Source: a virus (lineage: Duplodnaviria > Caudoviricetes). From it: 60,520 nt of DNA. The DNA lies in the IMG/VR virus record IMGVR_UViG_3300044621_001247, positions 1-60,520 of that record; one strand, given 5' to 3'. Position numbers and translations under genes: made by a program. Positions 8,899-18,294 of this stretch are shown here, piece after piece (position 1 is the first letter of the stretch; the number at the start of each line of letters is the position of its first letter). The notes under the pieces were generated by a model. It worked only from the letters and a program-made list of their open reading frames with translations. It was not told where the DNA came from and ran no database searches.

Positions 8899-10823
8899 GC
8901 CACTTCGTTCGAGCCTCCATCGTTGGTTCCAAGGTATTCTCCCGTCTTCTTTGCGTATGTCAGGAATCTGGAGATCTTCGCTGAGGACTTGCTTCCTGCT
9001 GTTTTCAGGCTCGCCGTGAGAGAGTCGAACGCCTCCTTGTTCTTGGACTGATATTCCAGCAGGTCCAACCTGAGATTGCTCATTTCGGTCGGGCTGATGT
9101 TTCTTGTTATGCCCATTCCATCAACGAAGGAATACGATGCCTGAGATATTCCCTGCGTGATCAGATAGCCGTTCTCCATGATGTAGGACATCATAAGTCT
9201 GTTCGTTGGGTCTATGAACAGAGCGGTATAGGCATTTGCTCCTCCGTAGCAGTTGCCCGCTCCACCCGAAAACAGTCTTCGGTATGGATTCTGACCAAAC
9301 TGGCTGGCTAGAGGGCTGCCGCTGGAACCACGGTTCCCCGAAGCCCCCTCGATCATTACGAACTGCAAGAACCCATATTCATAGATCGAATCATTGGTGT
9401 AGTTCTTCACTATCGTGTCAAGAGACGGGTTGTTGTCGTACACACCATGCAAGGCAAAGCAATGGTCGTATCCCCACGGTCCAGTGTATCCCGTTCCTCC
9501 CACGGGGTAAAACTGACGAACTATTGCACCGTAGTTGGTCGAGAATCCAGTGGCATCCGAAAGCCCAGTTGCTCCGTCTATCCCCAAGGCATATCTCACC
9601 ACATCGGATACGCCAAGTTCAGTGGAATCCAGAAACGTAGATCCTGGAACGCTCTGACTCGTTATGCGCCTCGCGTATGAACGGATGTAATCCGTGCTCT
9701 CCGCAAAGAAGTTGGAACTGCCAGATACGCCGTCAAAGTGCATGATCACAGCCGTCTCGGAACTTATGGTGAACCCGCTGACCGTGGAACCAGCCAGAGT
9801 TCCGCCTCCGAACGGAAGGAATCCATATCCACCTGTCCCGAAAACTCCAGCGGTTCCGGTTGATTCCAGCAACCTGAAGTTGTCGATGTAGCCATCGAAC
9901 GATTCCGTTCCTGCTGGATTGTTTCCGAGGAACAATCCGCCATTTCCACGGGTTTCGGGGAAAGACCCCGCCGTGACGCTGACGAGGAACTTGTTTGCGT
10001 GATTGAAGTATCCCGACATCGCATAGCACACGCCAGCCCCGTTCCTCACTAGAGCCACGGCTATATGATGCCATTGGTTGACGGTCAAGCCAGCGGTGTT
10101 GACGATGTTTTCGGTTTTGTCGTATCCGGCAGTGGTTCCATAGGTCTGCCAGGCAAACTGAAGTTGACCAGCAGAACTGTCGAACGAAATCTTCCAGTTT
10201 GCCGATGCTCCAGTCGGTCCCTTCTGAACAAGGGTGAAGTTGTTGGCGGTGGATGTCGGATAGAAGTACATCTCCACGGCGTAGGAGAATGTTCCTCCCT
10301 TGGCAATGTCGTTGTGCGGAGCGGTAGCACCGCCGGTTTGATTCCTCTTGCTGAGGTTTGTTATGTGGATGAAGCCGCCCGTGTATCCCGTCAGGCTACG
10401 GGTGAACTTGCAGGATCCACTTCCGCAGATGAAAACCGAATTGTCGTGCTTCGGTCTGGTCGTTGGATCCTGCTGATTGAACACGGGAACAGCCTTGGTG
10501 ATGTCCTGAATCACCCTGGTGTTTCGGTTTATCGTTTGCTGTGGATTCTCCATGAACAGCGTTACCTCAACCCGTGGATCATATGTCGATGAGTCGGAAA
10601 ACTTGAACGATTCCTCTCCTGTGGTCAAAGGAGTGAATGAACCATCGAGGGTTTCGGTGAGGACTGTGTCGGGTGGAAGAAGGCTTTCTTCCACCAGCCC
10701 GAATGCTCCGGGCATGGAATAAAGAGCGGGAGAACCCAGAAAGGTTGACTCGGAAGGGTACGTTTCTGGCGAAACAGACAGGATTTTCCCGTCCGAATCG
10801 AATGTGCATATCTTGTATCCCAT
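8895..10823 (-). CDS. Virion structural protein with LamG/concanavalin-like domain
   Basis: VEMYFYP...LTVNQWHHIAVALVR...FDGYIDNFRL is the LamG-3 signature. Confidence 0.8.
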   Translation of the reverse strand: MGYKICTFDSDGKILSVSPETYPSESTFLGSPALYSMPGAFGLVEESLLPPDTVLTETLDGSFTPLTTGEESFKFSDSSTYDPRVEVTLFMENPQQTINRNTRVIQDITKAVPVFNQQDPTTRPKHDNSVFICGSGSCKFTRSLTGYTGGFIHITNLSKRNQTGGATAPHNDIAKGGTFSYAVEMYFYPTSTANNFTLVQKGPTGASANWKISFDSSAGQLQFAWQTYGTTAGYDKTENIVNTAGLTVNQWHHIAVALVRNGAGVCYAMSGYFNHANKFLVSVTAGSFPETRGNGGLFLGNNPAGTESFDGYIDNFRLLESTGTAGVFGTGGYGFLPFGGGTLAGSTVSGFTISSETAVIMHFDGVSGSSNFFAESTDYIRSYARRITSQSVPGSTFLDSTELGVSDVVRYALGIDGATGLSDATGFSTNYGAIVRQFYPVGGTGYTGPWGYDHCFALHGVYDNNPSLDTIVKNYTNDSIYEYGFLQFVMIEGASGNRGSSGSPLASQFGQNPYRRLFSGGAGNCYGGANAYTALFIDPTNRLMMSYIMENGYLITQGISQASYSFVDGMGITRNISPTEMSNLRLDLLEYQSKNKEAFDSLTASLKTAGSKSSAKISRFLTYAKKTGEYLGTNDGGSNEVA

Positions 10824-10833
10824 TGATGGTTCC

Positions 10834-11883
10834 TCAGATCAGCGAATTCAGTACGTTGGACAGATTGAAGTTCAAGTATGCAGAGAATGACCCGGTGAAT
10901 GTCCTAGCACCGCTGAAATCCTCGGGTGGGTATAGCCATGTTGGTGGCTTTACCGAGGTATAGCAATCCCTGTTCTGCGTGAGCAGGAGTGTCAGTGTAG
11001 ATGTATCCGGAGCGGTATTTGGAAATGCCGATGCTGGACCGCCACCACCTGAAATGAGAGCGTTCCAATCGGTCGAATGGCTTCTTGGAACAAACCTGTA
11101 ACTGGCTGGTGCGTCCTCGAAGAGATTGAATGCTCCGTTCACTGGATTGAGTGGACTGTATACCGCCAACCCACCCCCGCCTCCGCTTATCTGAGACCAC
11201 ATGAACGATATTGGATTATTGTTGAGCAATGATCCGCTCAGACCAGAAATCGCAGATCTGCTCGACAGTGATGTGCTGTTGTTGGAGCAGAAGGAGTTTT
11301 TCTCGCTATGGAAATGAGTCGGTACTCTCTGTGCGGCTGGATCGAAGTTAGCCCATACGACAGTCATGCTGTCGAAGTTGGTCGGATCGAATGTCGAGCA
11401 TCTGGAAACCAGCACACCTGTCAAGACGGGGAATACTGAAGCGCATCTAGTCACCAGCAAGGAAGAGGACGCTGCTGCGGAGAAGTTCTGATCGGACACC
11501 GAAGCCACGGATGAATCCAGACGCATCCGCGAACTTCCTAGACAGACGAAACCACGGAGAGCAGCATACGAGCAACAGTTGCTGGACACCATGGTCGATG
11601 TGTTTCTTGACGCAAACGAGGTCAATCTCGTAAAGACCGCCACCGACGAGTTGCAGATAATGGTGGATGATTCGGATGCCACATATGCGCTTCCTGTGGC
11701 TAGATGCAAATCCTCTATGCTGTATTCATAGGTGGTTGGACCGTCACCGTTTCCGATTACTGGTCCATCGCCGTCTCCACCCGGATCTACAGTGACGGGG
11801 TCGTTGCCGACATCATCTCCGGTTCCTTGATTCGGATTACCGCCCCCTCCTTCAAAAACCGTTATGGGAGGAATTGATGACAT
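10834..11883 (-). CDS. Putative fibre-associated protein (Ser-rich beta-helix-like repeats)
   Basis: Lies in the structural operon with SD AAGGAG; periodic ..SS(T/R)I.. repeats follow a Gly/Asp/Pro linker. Confidence 0.6.
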   Translation of the reverse strand: MSSIPPITVFEGGGGNPNQGTGDDVGNDPVTVDPGGDGDGPVIGNGDGPTTYEYSIEDLHLATGSAYVASESSTIICNSSVAVFTRLTSFASRNTSTMVSSNCCSYAALRGFVCLGSSRMRLDSSVASVSDQNFSAAASSSLLVTRCASVFPVLTGVLVSRCSTFDPTNFDSMTVVWANFDPAAQRVPTHFHSEKNSFCSNNSTSLSSRSAISGLSGSLLNNNPISFMWSQISGGGGGLAVYSPLNPVNGAFNLFEDAPASYRFVPRSHSTDWNALISGGGGPASAFPNTAPDTSTLTLLLTQNRDCYTSVKPPTWLYPPEDFSGARTFTGSFSAYLNFNLSNVLNSLI

Positions 11884-11904
11884 TCGTGTTCTCCTTCGGT
11901 GGCG

Positions 11905-13713
11905 TTACTGTTGCAGAGCATTTGATCCCTCTAGAGTTCCGGCTTTGACCGCAATTGTGAGATTCTTGTCTCTCGGATCCCAATCCCACACCGTTCCCTT
12001 GATCCTACCATCGGGAGTGTCGAATGTCTGTCCTGGAACAAAAGAGTTGAAGGACAAGGTGGAACCTGCTTCTATCAACCTTATCCTGACCAAGGATTGT
12101 CCGACAAACGAGGTGAAGCATCTTTCGGCTACCATTGTCGAAGTGTTGATGGATGCAAAACCCGATTCAGCCATTCCCGTACAGACACTTCCGATGGTCT
12201 TCACCACTGAACCCTTGTTAGCCACCACTCCATAGGAACAGTTGGATGCCACAAGAGTACCGAGCAAAACATTAGCCCCAGAGTCCGCGTAGAAACCAAC
12301 GTGGAAGTCCTTGACACCGACACTGTACAAAAGACCATCGACGAAACCATCTGGCTCATTTGCCACCGAAAATCCCAAGTCTCCACCAGAGCAGTATATC
12401 GCGCACTTGTTGCTGTAGCCTTCGTGGGCTGTGCCTATCAACTTCCAGTGAGACGGCATTCCCCTTCCGTCGAAGAAGATGTTGCTGATGTTCCGCAATC
12501 CACCAGATCCGATTCGTAGTATGTTTCCGAAACGCCTGAAGACGGTAGGTATCAGGGTCACGGTGATCATATTGGTATTCACCGTTCCCCAAGAAGCGGA
12601 AGCACCTGCCCCACAGACTCCGTTTACCATGACATGTTCATGGTAGTGAGGTCCGTACTTGTGGGGATCGTTCAAGAAGGTGTTTGCAGCGCCGGTGGCA
12701 GAATACCAACCGGTGTACTCGTTGTTGTCCGTGTAGAATATCCACTTGAACTCTGCCGTCTTCCCGCTTAGGGACGAGTTCGGAAACGAAGCACCCGAGA
12801 AGTTGCTGGTCGCTCCAGATGGAATCCCGCTCTTCAGTGGAGTTCCATAGTATCCCACGGGTACACTGCTCATGTAGTGACCCTTGATCCATGAACCGTT
12901 GTATGTGGCAACCTGCTGCAACCAAGCATTGTTCTGTAGTTCATTCAAGTCCGATGGTCCAGTGTACGAACCAGAGATGAAAGATACCCCCGTCTGAGCA
13001 TTTCCGTAAAATCTGCCCCACTTGTCGGACGATCCGTTGGGTATGCTGAACCAGTCATCGCGTATGGTTGACGATACCGACAGAAGTCCAAATGAAACGC
13101 CGGACAGAGAGTGCGCTCCCAAGATCGATCCTTGGCGGGCAATGTTGTTTCTTGGGGTTGTGGGATACGCCGCGTAGTGGTTCGTCGGGTTGTATTCGTC
13201 GGTGAACTTTAGGTCGTAGTCTTGGACGATCACGCCAGTGCCGACCTGGCTGTTGTTTATGCCGTTGGAGGCGGTTATGGTTTCGTACTGGGTACTGGTG
13301 CTGTACCTGACGCACGACATCGTGATTCCGTGCTTTACGCCAGAATAGTACTTGGCATATCCGGGTGCGGTAAATCCGGTGGTGATGTAGTCCTGAACGT
13401 ACTGAAGAATGAGTACTTCCGGTCTTGCCCCAACGAAAGCAACGCGATTTCCCTGATCGTGGTTCATCTCAATCGGCTCTTCCAGATCGTAGATGCCGCC
13501 AGCAAAGTTCACCGTCACGAATCCACTGTCGGTTATCTGCTTGTCGGACAACCACTGCATTGCCCGCTTTGGGGTTCGGAAGGGAGAACCTTCTTCGGTT
13601 CCCGTGTTGAGAACATCATCGCCGGTTGGACTGACATACAGCGAAACCTTGGTGGTTATCGCCACCCTGATTCCGGTTTCTGCCGATACCCTATGTGCCG
13701 AAAACTGAGACAT
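11905..13713 (-). CDS. Putative tail fibre/spike, pectate-lyase-like beta helix
   Basis: LYVSPTGDD...SPFRT..A motif typical of beta-helix starts; C-terminal periodic repeats. Confidence 0.65.
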   Translation of the reverse strand: MSQFSAHRVSAETGIRVAITTKVSLYVSPTGDDVLNTGTEEGSPFRTPKRAMQWLSDKQITDSGFVTVNFAGGIYDLEEPIEMNHDQGNRVAFVGARPEVLILQYVQDYITTGFTAPGYAKYYSGVKHGITMSCVRYSTSTQYETITASNGINNSQVGTGVIVQDYDLKFTDEYNPTNHYAAYPTTPRNNIARQGSILGAHSLSGVSFGLLSVSSTIRDDWFSIPNGSSDKWGRFYGNAQTGVSFISGSYTGPSDLNELQNNAWLQQVATYNGSWIKGHYMSSVPVGYYGTPLKSGIPSGATSNFSGASFPNSSLSGKTAEFKWIFYTDNNEYTGWYSATGAANTFLNDPHKYGPHYHEHVMVNGVCGAGASASWGTVNTNMITVTLIPTVFRRFGNILRIGSGGLRNISNIFFDGRGMPSHWKLIGTAHEGYSNKCAIYCSGGDLGFSVANEPDGFVDGLLYSVGVKDFHVGFYADSGANVLLGTLVASNCSYGVVANKGSVVKTIGSVCTGMAESGFASINTSTMVAERCFTSFVGQSLVRIRLIEAGSTLSFNSFVPGQTFDTPDGRIKGTVWDWDPRDKNLTIAVKAGTLEGSNALQQ

Positions 13714-13724
13714 TTACTCTCCCT

Positions 13725-15545
13725 TTAGACTGCGGTTCCGCCGCCATACACGACTATGTTCAGATACTGGAAGTTGTCGCTGTGGGTAGCACCGATTATG
13801 TCGTAGACCTGAACTCCGAAGGTAAGTCCTCCGTAGTTGTAGGAGTTTGCGACAAACATCTGCGTTAGTCCGGACCCAGACTTGGCGACAGTAGCCTCGA
13901 CTATGTATTTCGTCTGATCGGCTGTGCCAAGATCGAACAGTAGGTCATGACTGAAGATGTAGTTGCCTTTCGACGCATAGGAAACACCCCACGCACCGTA
14001 TCCTGCGTCGATTGTGCATCCCGCTCCCGGTGTGGATCTCGCCCATCTCTTGGCTGTGTTCTTGGCTACTACCACCCCGCCGCCAGAAGGACCGAGTTTG
14101 TACAACTTGGCATACGAATCCTTCCTCGTCTTGATGATCCAGTAGACCACGACATGCTGAGGAACATTGTTGTGCGGCGAGTTGCCTCCGGCGTTTCCAA
14201 TCGACGCTGTCACATTGGGGGTAAGGTTGTTCGTGCTTACCGAAATGGTTCCAGTCACCGAATGCGAATGCGAACCAGCATTTGGCAACGCGCTAGAACT
14301 GCCTCCAACGGTTCTAACAACGCTGTCTGGTCCACCTAGGTCAAGGTCTATGTTTGTTTCATTGAACAAAGAGTGGTTGTGTGCTCCAGCGACACTTGTC
14401 GTTAGGTTGTGGCTTACGGAAACATTGCCAGTAAGCGATGCGCTCACGGAAATCGGATGACCGTGTATCGGCAGTTCGTTTACTTGCAGTGAATGACGTT
14501 CCTCACCACCAAGAAGTCCTATGGTGTACGATCCAAAAGCCGAGTTTTCTTGACCGGTCAATCCTCTGGAAGACCCGATGAGGAATCTTGCCCGCATGTC
14601 TGGCTTCTTGAGCCTAACTTTTGGATTGACCGCGCTGCTAACGCTGTAGAACGTACTTGTCTGAGACCCGTTCTCCAGGTAGATTCTTCCCTGGTCGCCA
14701 AGAACGAGTTGACTGTTGTGATAGGTTCCGTTGACCAGCAATGGGTCCACCAAGACTTCCGCCGTCAGGTTGTTTCCGGTCACGGCGACCGACAAAAAGG
14801 TACACCTGAACTCGCTGTTCAGTCCTGCCTTTGATACGAAGAAATACGATCCAATGAGTTGGTTGTCCGGTATGATCGTTCCATTTGTTTTGGTCATGGT
14901 GATCTGCTGGGTAAACCCGTAGATCGATCCACTGTTCAGCGATGCATGAAGATCGGAATAACTTGAGATCGGCAGCAAACCACCATCGCAGATGTCCCAT
15001 CCAGCAGGAACATCTCCTGTGTTTCCAGCAAAGGCTATCACCGAACCAACGGGCTGTATGTCGCTGAGATCAACCGTGGAGTCTCCGCTGATCCTGGTCG
15101 ATTGACCGTTCACGACGATACCATCTACAGTTCCAAGTGTGGGAGATGTGTCGTCCGTGGTTCCTGTCGTGATGATGACGGGCTTGATGACGCTAGCGGG
15201 ATTGCTTGGCGCAGTAGTGGTCAACTTGCCCTTCTGTGTGTCGGACAGGTAGAATATCTGCGCTCCCGTGGATCCCGCGATAGTTGACATCAGGCTATCG
15301 GGAAGAGAGATCTCACCCGAATAGACCACGGTCACATCGTTGGATGTTATGGACTCGATGACACCAACGAATGCAGCGTTTGCCTCGCTGTTAGCCTGTG
15401 CAAGCAGATACTTGTCGTCCTGTGGATCATAGCGGATGACATCGCCAACGGCAAAGACATCAGCCGTGACTCCTGCCATGTCTATCTTATTGCGCACGGA
15501 GCGGACATCCGCTAGTGCTACTGGATCGAATGCGCTAGTTCCCAT
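13725..15545 (-). CDS. Tail fibre protein with tail-collar domain
   Basis: PVGSVIAFAG...PAGWDICDG...PDMRARFLIG...GGEERHSL...HNNVPQ collar motifs with HxH metal motifs. Confidence 0.82.
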   Translation of the reverse strand: MGTSAFDPVALADVRSVRNKIDMAGVTADVFAVGDVIRYDPQDDKYLLAQANSEANAAFVGVIESITSNDVTVVYSGEISLPDSLMSTIAGSTGAQIFYLSDTQKGKLTTTAPSNPASVIKPVIITTGTTDDTSPTLGTVDGIVVNGQSTRISGDSTVDLSDIQPVGSVIAFAGNTGDVPAGWDICDGGLLPISSYSDLHASLNSGSIYGFTQQITMTKTNGTIIPDNQLIGSYFFVSKAGLNSEFRCTFLSVAVTGNNLTAEVLVDPLLVNGTYHNSQLVLGDQGRIYLENGSQTSTFYSVSSAVNPKVRLKKPDMRARFLIGSSRGLTGQENSAFGSYTIGLLGGEERHSLQVNELPIHGHPISVSASLTGNVSVSHNLTTSVAGAHNHSLFNETNIDLDLGGPDSVVRTVGGSSSALPNAGSHSHSVTGTISVSTNNLTPNVTASIGNAGGNSPHNNVPQHVVVYWIIKTRKDSYAKLYKLGPSGGGVVVAKNTAKRWARSTPGAGCTIDAGYGAWGVSYASKGNYIFSHDLLFDLGTADQTKYIVEATVAKSGSGLTQMFVANSYNYGGLTFGVQVYDIIGATHSDNFQYLNIVVYGGGTAV

Positions 15546-15554
15546 TTATGCTCC

Positions 15555-18113
15555 TCAGAGTTCCGATTCCACTTCGTAGTTGACTTCCATGCTTCCTGCG
15601 CTCTTGGTTGCCTTGAATCCCTTGCTGGATTGAGTTATGGCTCCGCTCCATGAAGGAAGACCCTTGATCGTAACCTGAGATGTGGATGCATCCCGTATCT
15701 CAACCGGATATCTGACTACAATGGTTCCTCCATCGACAGGAATGGAGTCGGCATTGCTTGCATTCGCGCCTCCGTTGACGATGTTCCTGAACGGAGATGC
15801 TGCGTTAGTCGTCTGATAGTAGCGAAGGCAACGCTCGTAGTCCGTCTGAGGGTCGTTGAGTTCAAACGGAGAAGCAGCCTGTCCCTGCTCAAGTTGCACC
15901 TGAGAGATGTATATGCTGTAGGACGGGGCGTTCGCTATGTTCGGGTTGATTTCCTCAGCCACATCCGTTCCTACCCTAGTGGATCCACCACGGAGGAAGA
16001 ACCTGATTTCGGGACCATCCGTCCCCGAAGCACCGACAAGACCGAACTTGCTGTCGGGAAGGGCAAAGGTGTGCGTGAACTTAGCCCATTGGGTTGGTAG
16101 GCTGACCACGAAACCCTTTTCCTTCTGTGAGTTTGGCTCTATTCCCGTCACCGCGTAGTCTGGTGCGGTTCCTCCACCGAAGTCCCTTCGGAAGGACACG
16201 CCTAGTTTGGCATTTGCCACGGTAGCCTTTGCATAGAAGGAGATCGTGGCATATCCGCTTGGAAGGTTCTCTATTCCCTCTACCCGCTGATAGAGATATG
16301 TCTCCGATCCAGATGTGTGTCCACCCGTTCCGATTGCAAACTCTAGGGCATGACGGGAATAGACATTGGAATCCGAAAACTCCCCAAGCATGAGGGGATA
16401 CCTGTTCACGGAGACATTCAGCCTGTCGGCGGTTGTTCCACCCGTGTTCACCATCTTCCACCTGTCGGCGGTGTAACGGTCTGGCTCGCTCACGGGGTTT
16501 CTGAACGGGAATGTGGTTCCCCTCTGCCAGAAGTCGAAGTTTCCGTTTATCAACTTGTTCTTGAAGCCTGAGTCGAACTCCGGAATCTCTATGCTGGAGC
16601 CGCTTCCGACATTGCTCGTCATGACGAGACCGACATAGTTCTGCACGATTCCGCTCGTAGGAGTGACCGCGACGAGCATCGGCTTCCTGACGGTGTTGAC
16701 CGTGGAGGGCGGCGTGGTTACGAGCGTTCCTTCCTCCGTGCCGAGGAAGTAGACCGATCCTGGAGTCATCGGGGCATACGGTGCTGCCCCCAGTTCGATG
16801 TATCCTGAGATGGTCATCAACGAGGCAGCGGAGTTTCCTCCGTAGTTGGTCTTGGAGATGATTCCAAGAGCCTCTGCCAACTCGCTTGTGCTGGCTGATG
16901 CCTTGACGTAGGAACCAAAAGGTCTGTCCGATGCCGTGAGACCTTCCTCGAATCTGACTGCATCACCCACCGAAAAGAAGTTGGGTGGGTGCTTGACCAC
17001 TACCGTGGATGCGTTCAGTCTTGAGAACAGGGAGTCTATGTCCACTATCTTGTTGCCGACATAGTTCATCACCATCGCCTGTGTTGCGCCGAGCGCATAG
17101 AGGATGGGCTTCCTGACGAATCCGGTGGTGGTCGGTGCGTTCTTGGTGATCTTGCCCGCCTCTGACTCGGAGAGGAAGTAGAACTCTCCCGTCCCTAGGG
17201 ACGATGCTCCGTCCGAAGAAGCGATGGCGTTTGCAAAGTTTCCGCTGACATAGCCAAGCATGTTGACATCCACGAAGTTCTGCGTGGTGTTCAGGTTGAC
17301 GGCAATGCCCATGGATTCGGCATTGAAGACCGTGTTAGCCTGAGCCTTGGTGATTCCTCCGGTGGTCGCATCGTGCCTGATGACCATTCCGAATGTAAGA
17401 CCGATGCCAGTGATACCACCTGCGGGAACCGAGAAACGCCTGACCAGTGATCCGTTGATGAGTCTGGTGGAACCATCGCTTCCGATGGAGATGTTTTCGT
17501 ATGTGGTTCCTGCAAAGTTGCTTTCGACCGAGATGGTAGAGCCGGAATGCGTCGATGTCAGGCTACTCGCAGACGCGCTTCCGTCTCCACCGAAGAAGAA
17601 CTTGTTGTCCTTGGAGTAGAACTTTGCTGCTCCCGTGAACGCTATGGGATCGCTGATTCTCCATGCTGGGAATGTCTTGCCGTCATCGAATGCCTTCCAC
17701 AGGAAGTATTTGTCTCCGCAAGCGCCAGCGATTATGATGCCACCGCCACCTGCGTTGCTGATTACGGTGTCCGATGTTCCACCGGTGGCTCCGCTGGAAC
17801 CGACAGCACCCAGAACCAGGTTGTAGTCGTCGATTGTGACCAGATTGCTGTTGACCGTGGTCACGGTTCCGTTGAATGTGATGTTTCCGGTGAATGTATG
17901 GTTTCCTGGAACGATCTCCTCCAGGAATGCCACTGCCACTCCGTCCGTCTGCTGAATGATTCCGACTCCAGTCGCTCCCTGCAACTGGTACACCTTGATG
18001 CGGTTCAACTTGTCGATGATCTCGGTGTTGGTCAGCGTATACCACTCGTACATCGTGTCCGACAATGTCAGTTGAGGTATGATGTATGTGCTGTCTGCTG
18101 GACCTGTCGGCAT
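15555..18113 (-). CDS. Tail fibre / virion structural protein
   Basis: TVTTVNS and NKLINGNFDFWQRG...YTADRW...VQLEQG...RCLRYYQ fibre motifs; two internal G.FYFL...G.ITK.AP....VRKP modules. Confidence 0.8.
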   Translation of the reverse strand: MPTGPADSTYIIPQLTLSDTMYEWYTLTNTEIIDKLNRIKVYQLQGATGVGIIQQTDGVAVAFLEEIVPGNHTFTGNITFNGTVTTVNSNLVTIDDYNLVLGAVGSSGATGGTSDTVISNAGGGGIIIAGACGDKYFLWKAFDDGKTFPAWRISDPIAFTGAAKFYSKDNKFFFGGDGSASASSLTSTHSGSTISVESNFAGTTYENISIGSDGSTRLINGSLVRRFSVPAGGITGIGLTFGMVIRHDATTGGITKAQANTVFNAESMGIAVNLNTTQNFVDVNMLGYVSGNFANAIASSDGASSLGTGEFYFLSESEAGKITKNAPTTTGFVRKPILYALGATQAMVMNYVGNKIVDIDSLFSRLNASTVVVKHPPNFFSVGDAVRFEEGLTASDRPFGSYVKASASTSELAEALGIISKTNYGGNSAASLMTISGYIELGAAPYAPMTPGSVYFLGTEEGTLVTTPPSTVNTVRKPMLVAVTPTSGIVQNYVGLVMTSNVGSGSSIEIPEFDSGFKNKLINGNFDFWQRGTTFPFRNPVSEPDRYTADRWKMVNTGGTTADRLNVSVNRYPLMLGEFSDSNVYSRHALEFAIGTGGHTSGSETYLYQRVEGIENLPSGYATISFYAKATVANAKLGVSFRRDFGGGTAPDYAVTGIEPNSQKEKGFVVSLPTQWAKFTHTFALPDSKFGLVGASGTDGPEIRFFLRGGSTRVGTDVAEEINPNIANAPSYSIYISQVQLEQGQAASPFELNDPQTDYERCLRYYQTTNAASPFRNIVNGGANASNADSIPVDGGTIVVRYPVEIRDASTSQVTIKGLPSWSGAITQSSKGFKATKSAGSMEVNYEVESEL

Positions 18114-18114
18114 C

Positions 18115-18294
18115 TCAGTTTCCCTCTTCCAGATCGCGGATTCTGCTCTTCAGACTATCTATCTCGTCCCTCATAGCCCGCAACTCGTCCTGAACCGTCC
18201 TGCGGAACATCAGTTCCCTCTCCTTTTCGGGATTGCTGATGATGAGTGCGCCTGATACCCTGTCGCGGGAGAACTGATGCTGTGAGTTTTTCAT
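18115..18294 (-). CDS. 59-aa coiled-coil protein
   Basis: MKNSQHQFSRDRVSGALII...; ATGA overlap with the VrlC-like gene stop, as commonly seen after VrlC in T4-like phages. Confidence 0.7.
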   Translation of the reverse strand: MKNSQHQFSRDRVSGALIISNPEKERELMFRRTVQDELRAMRDEIDSLKSRIRDLEEGN

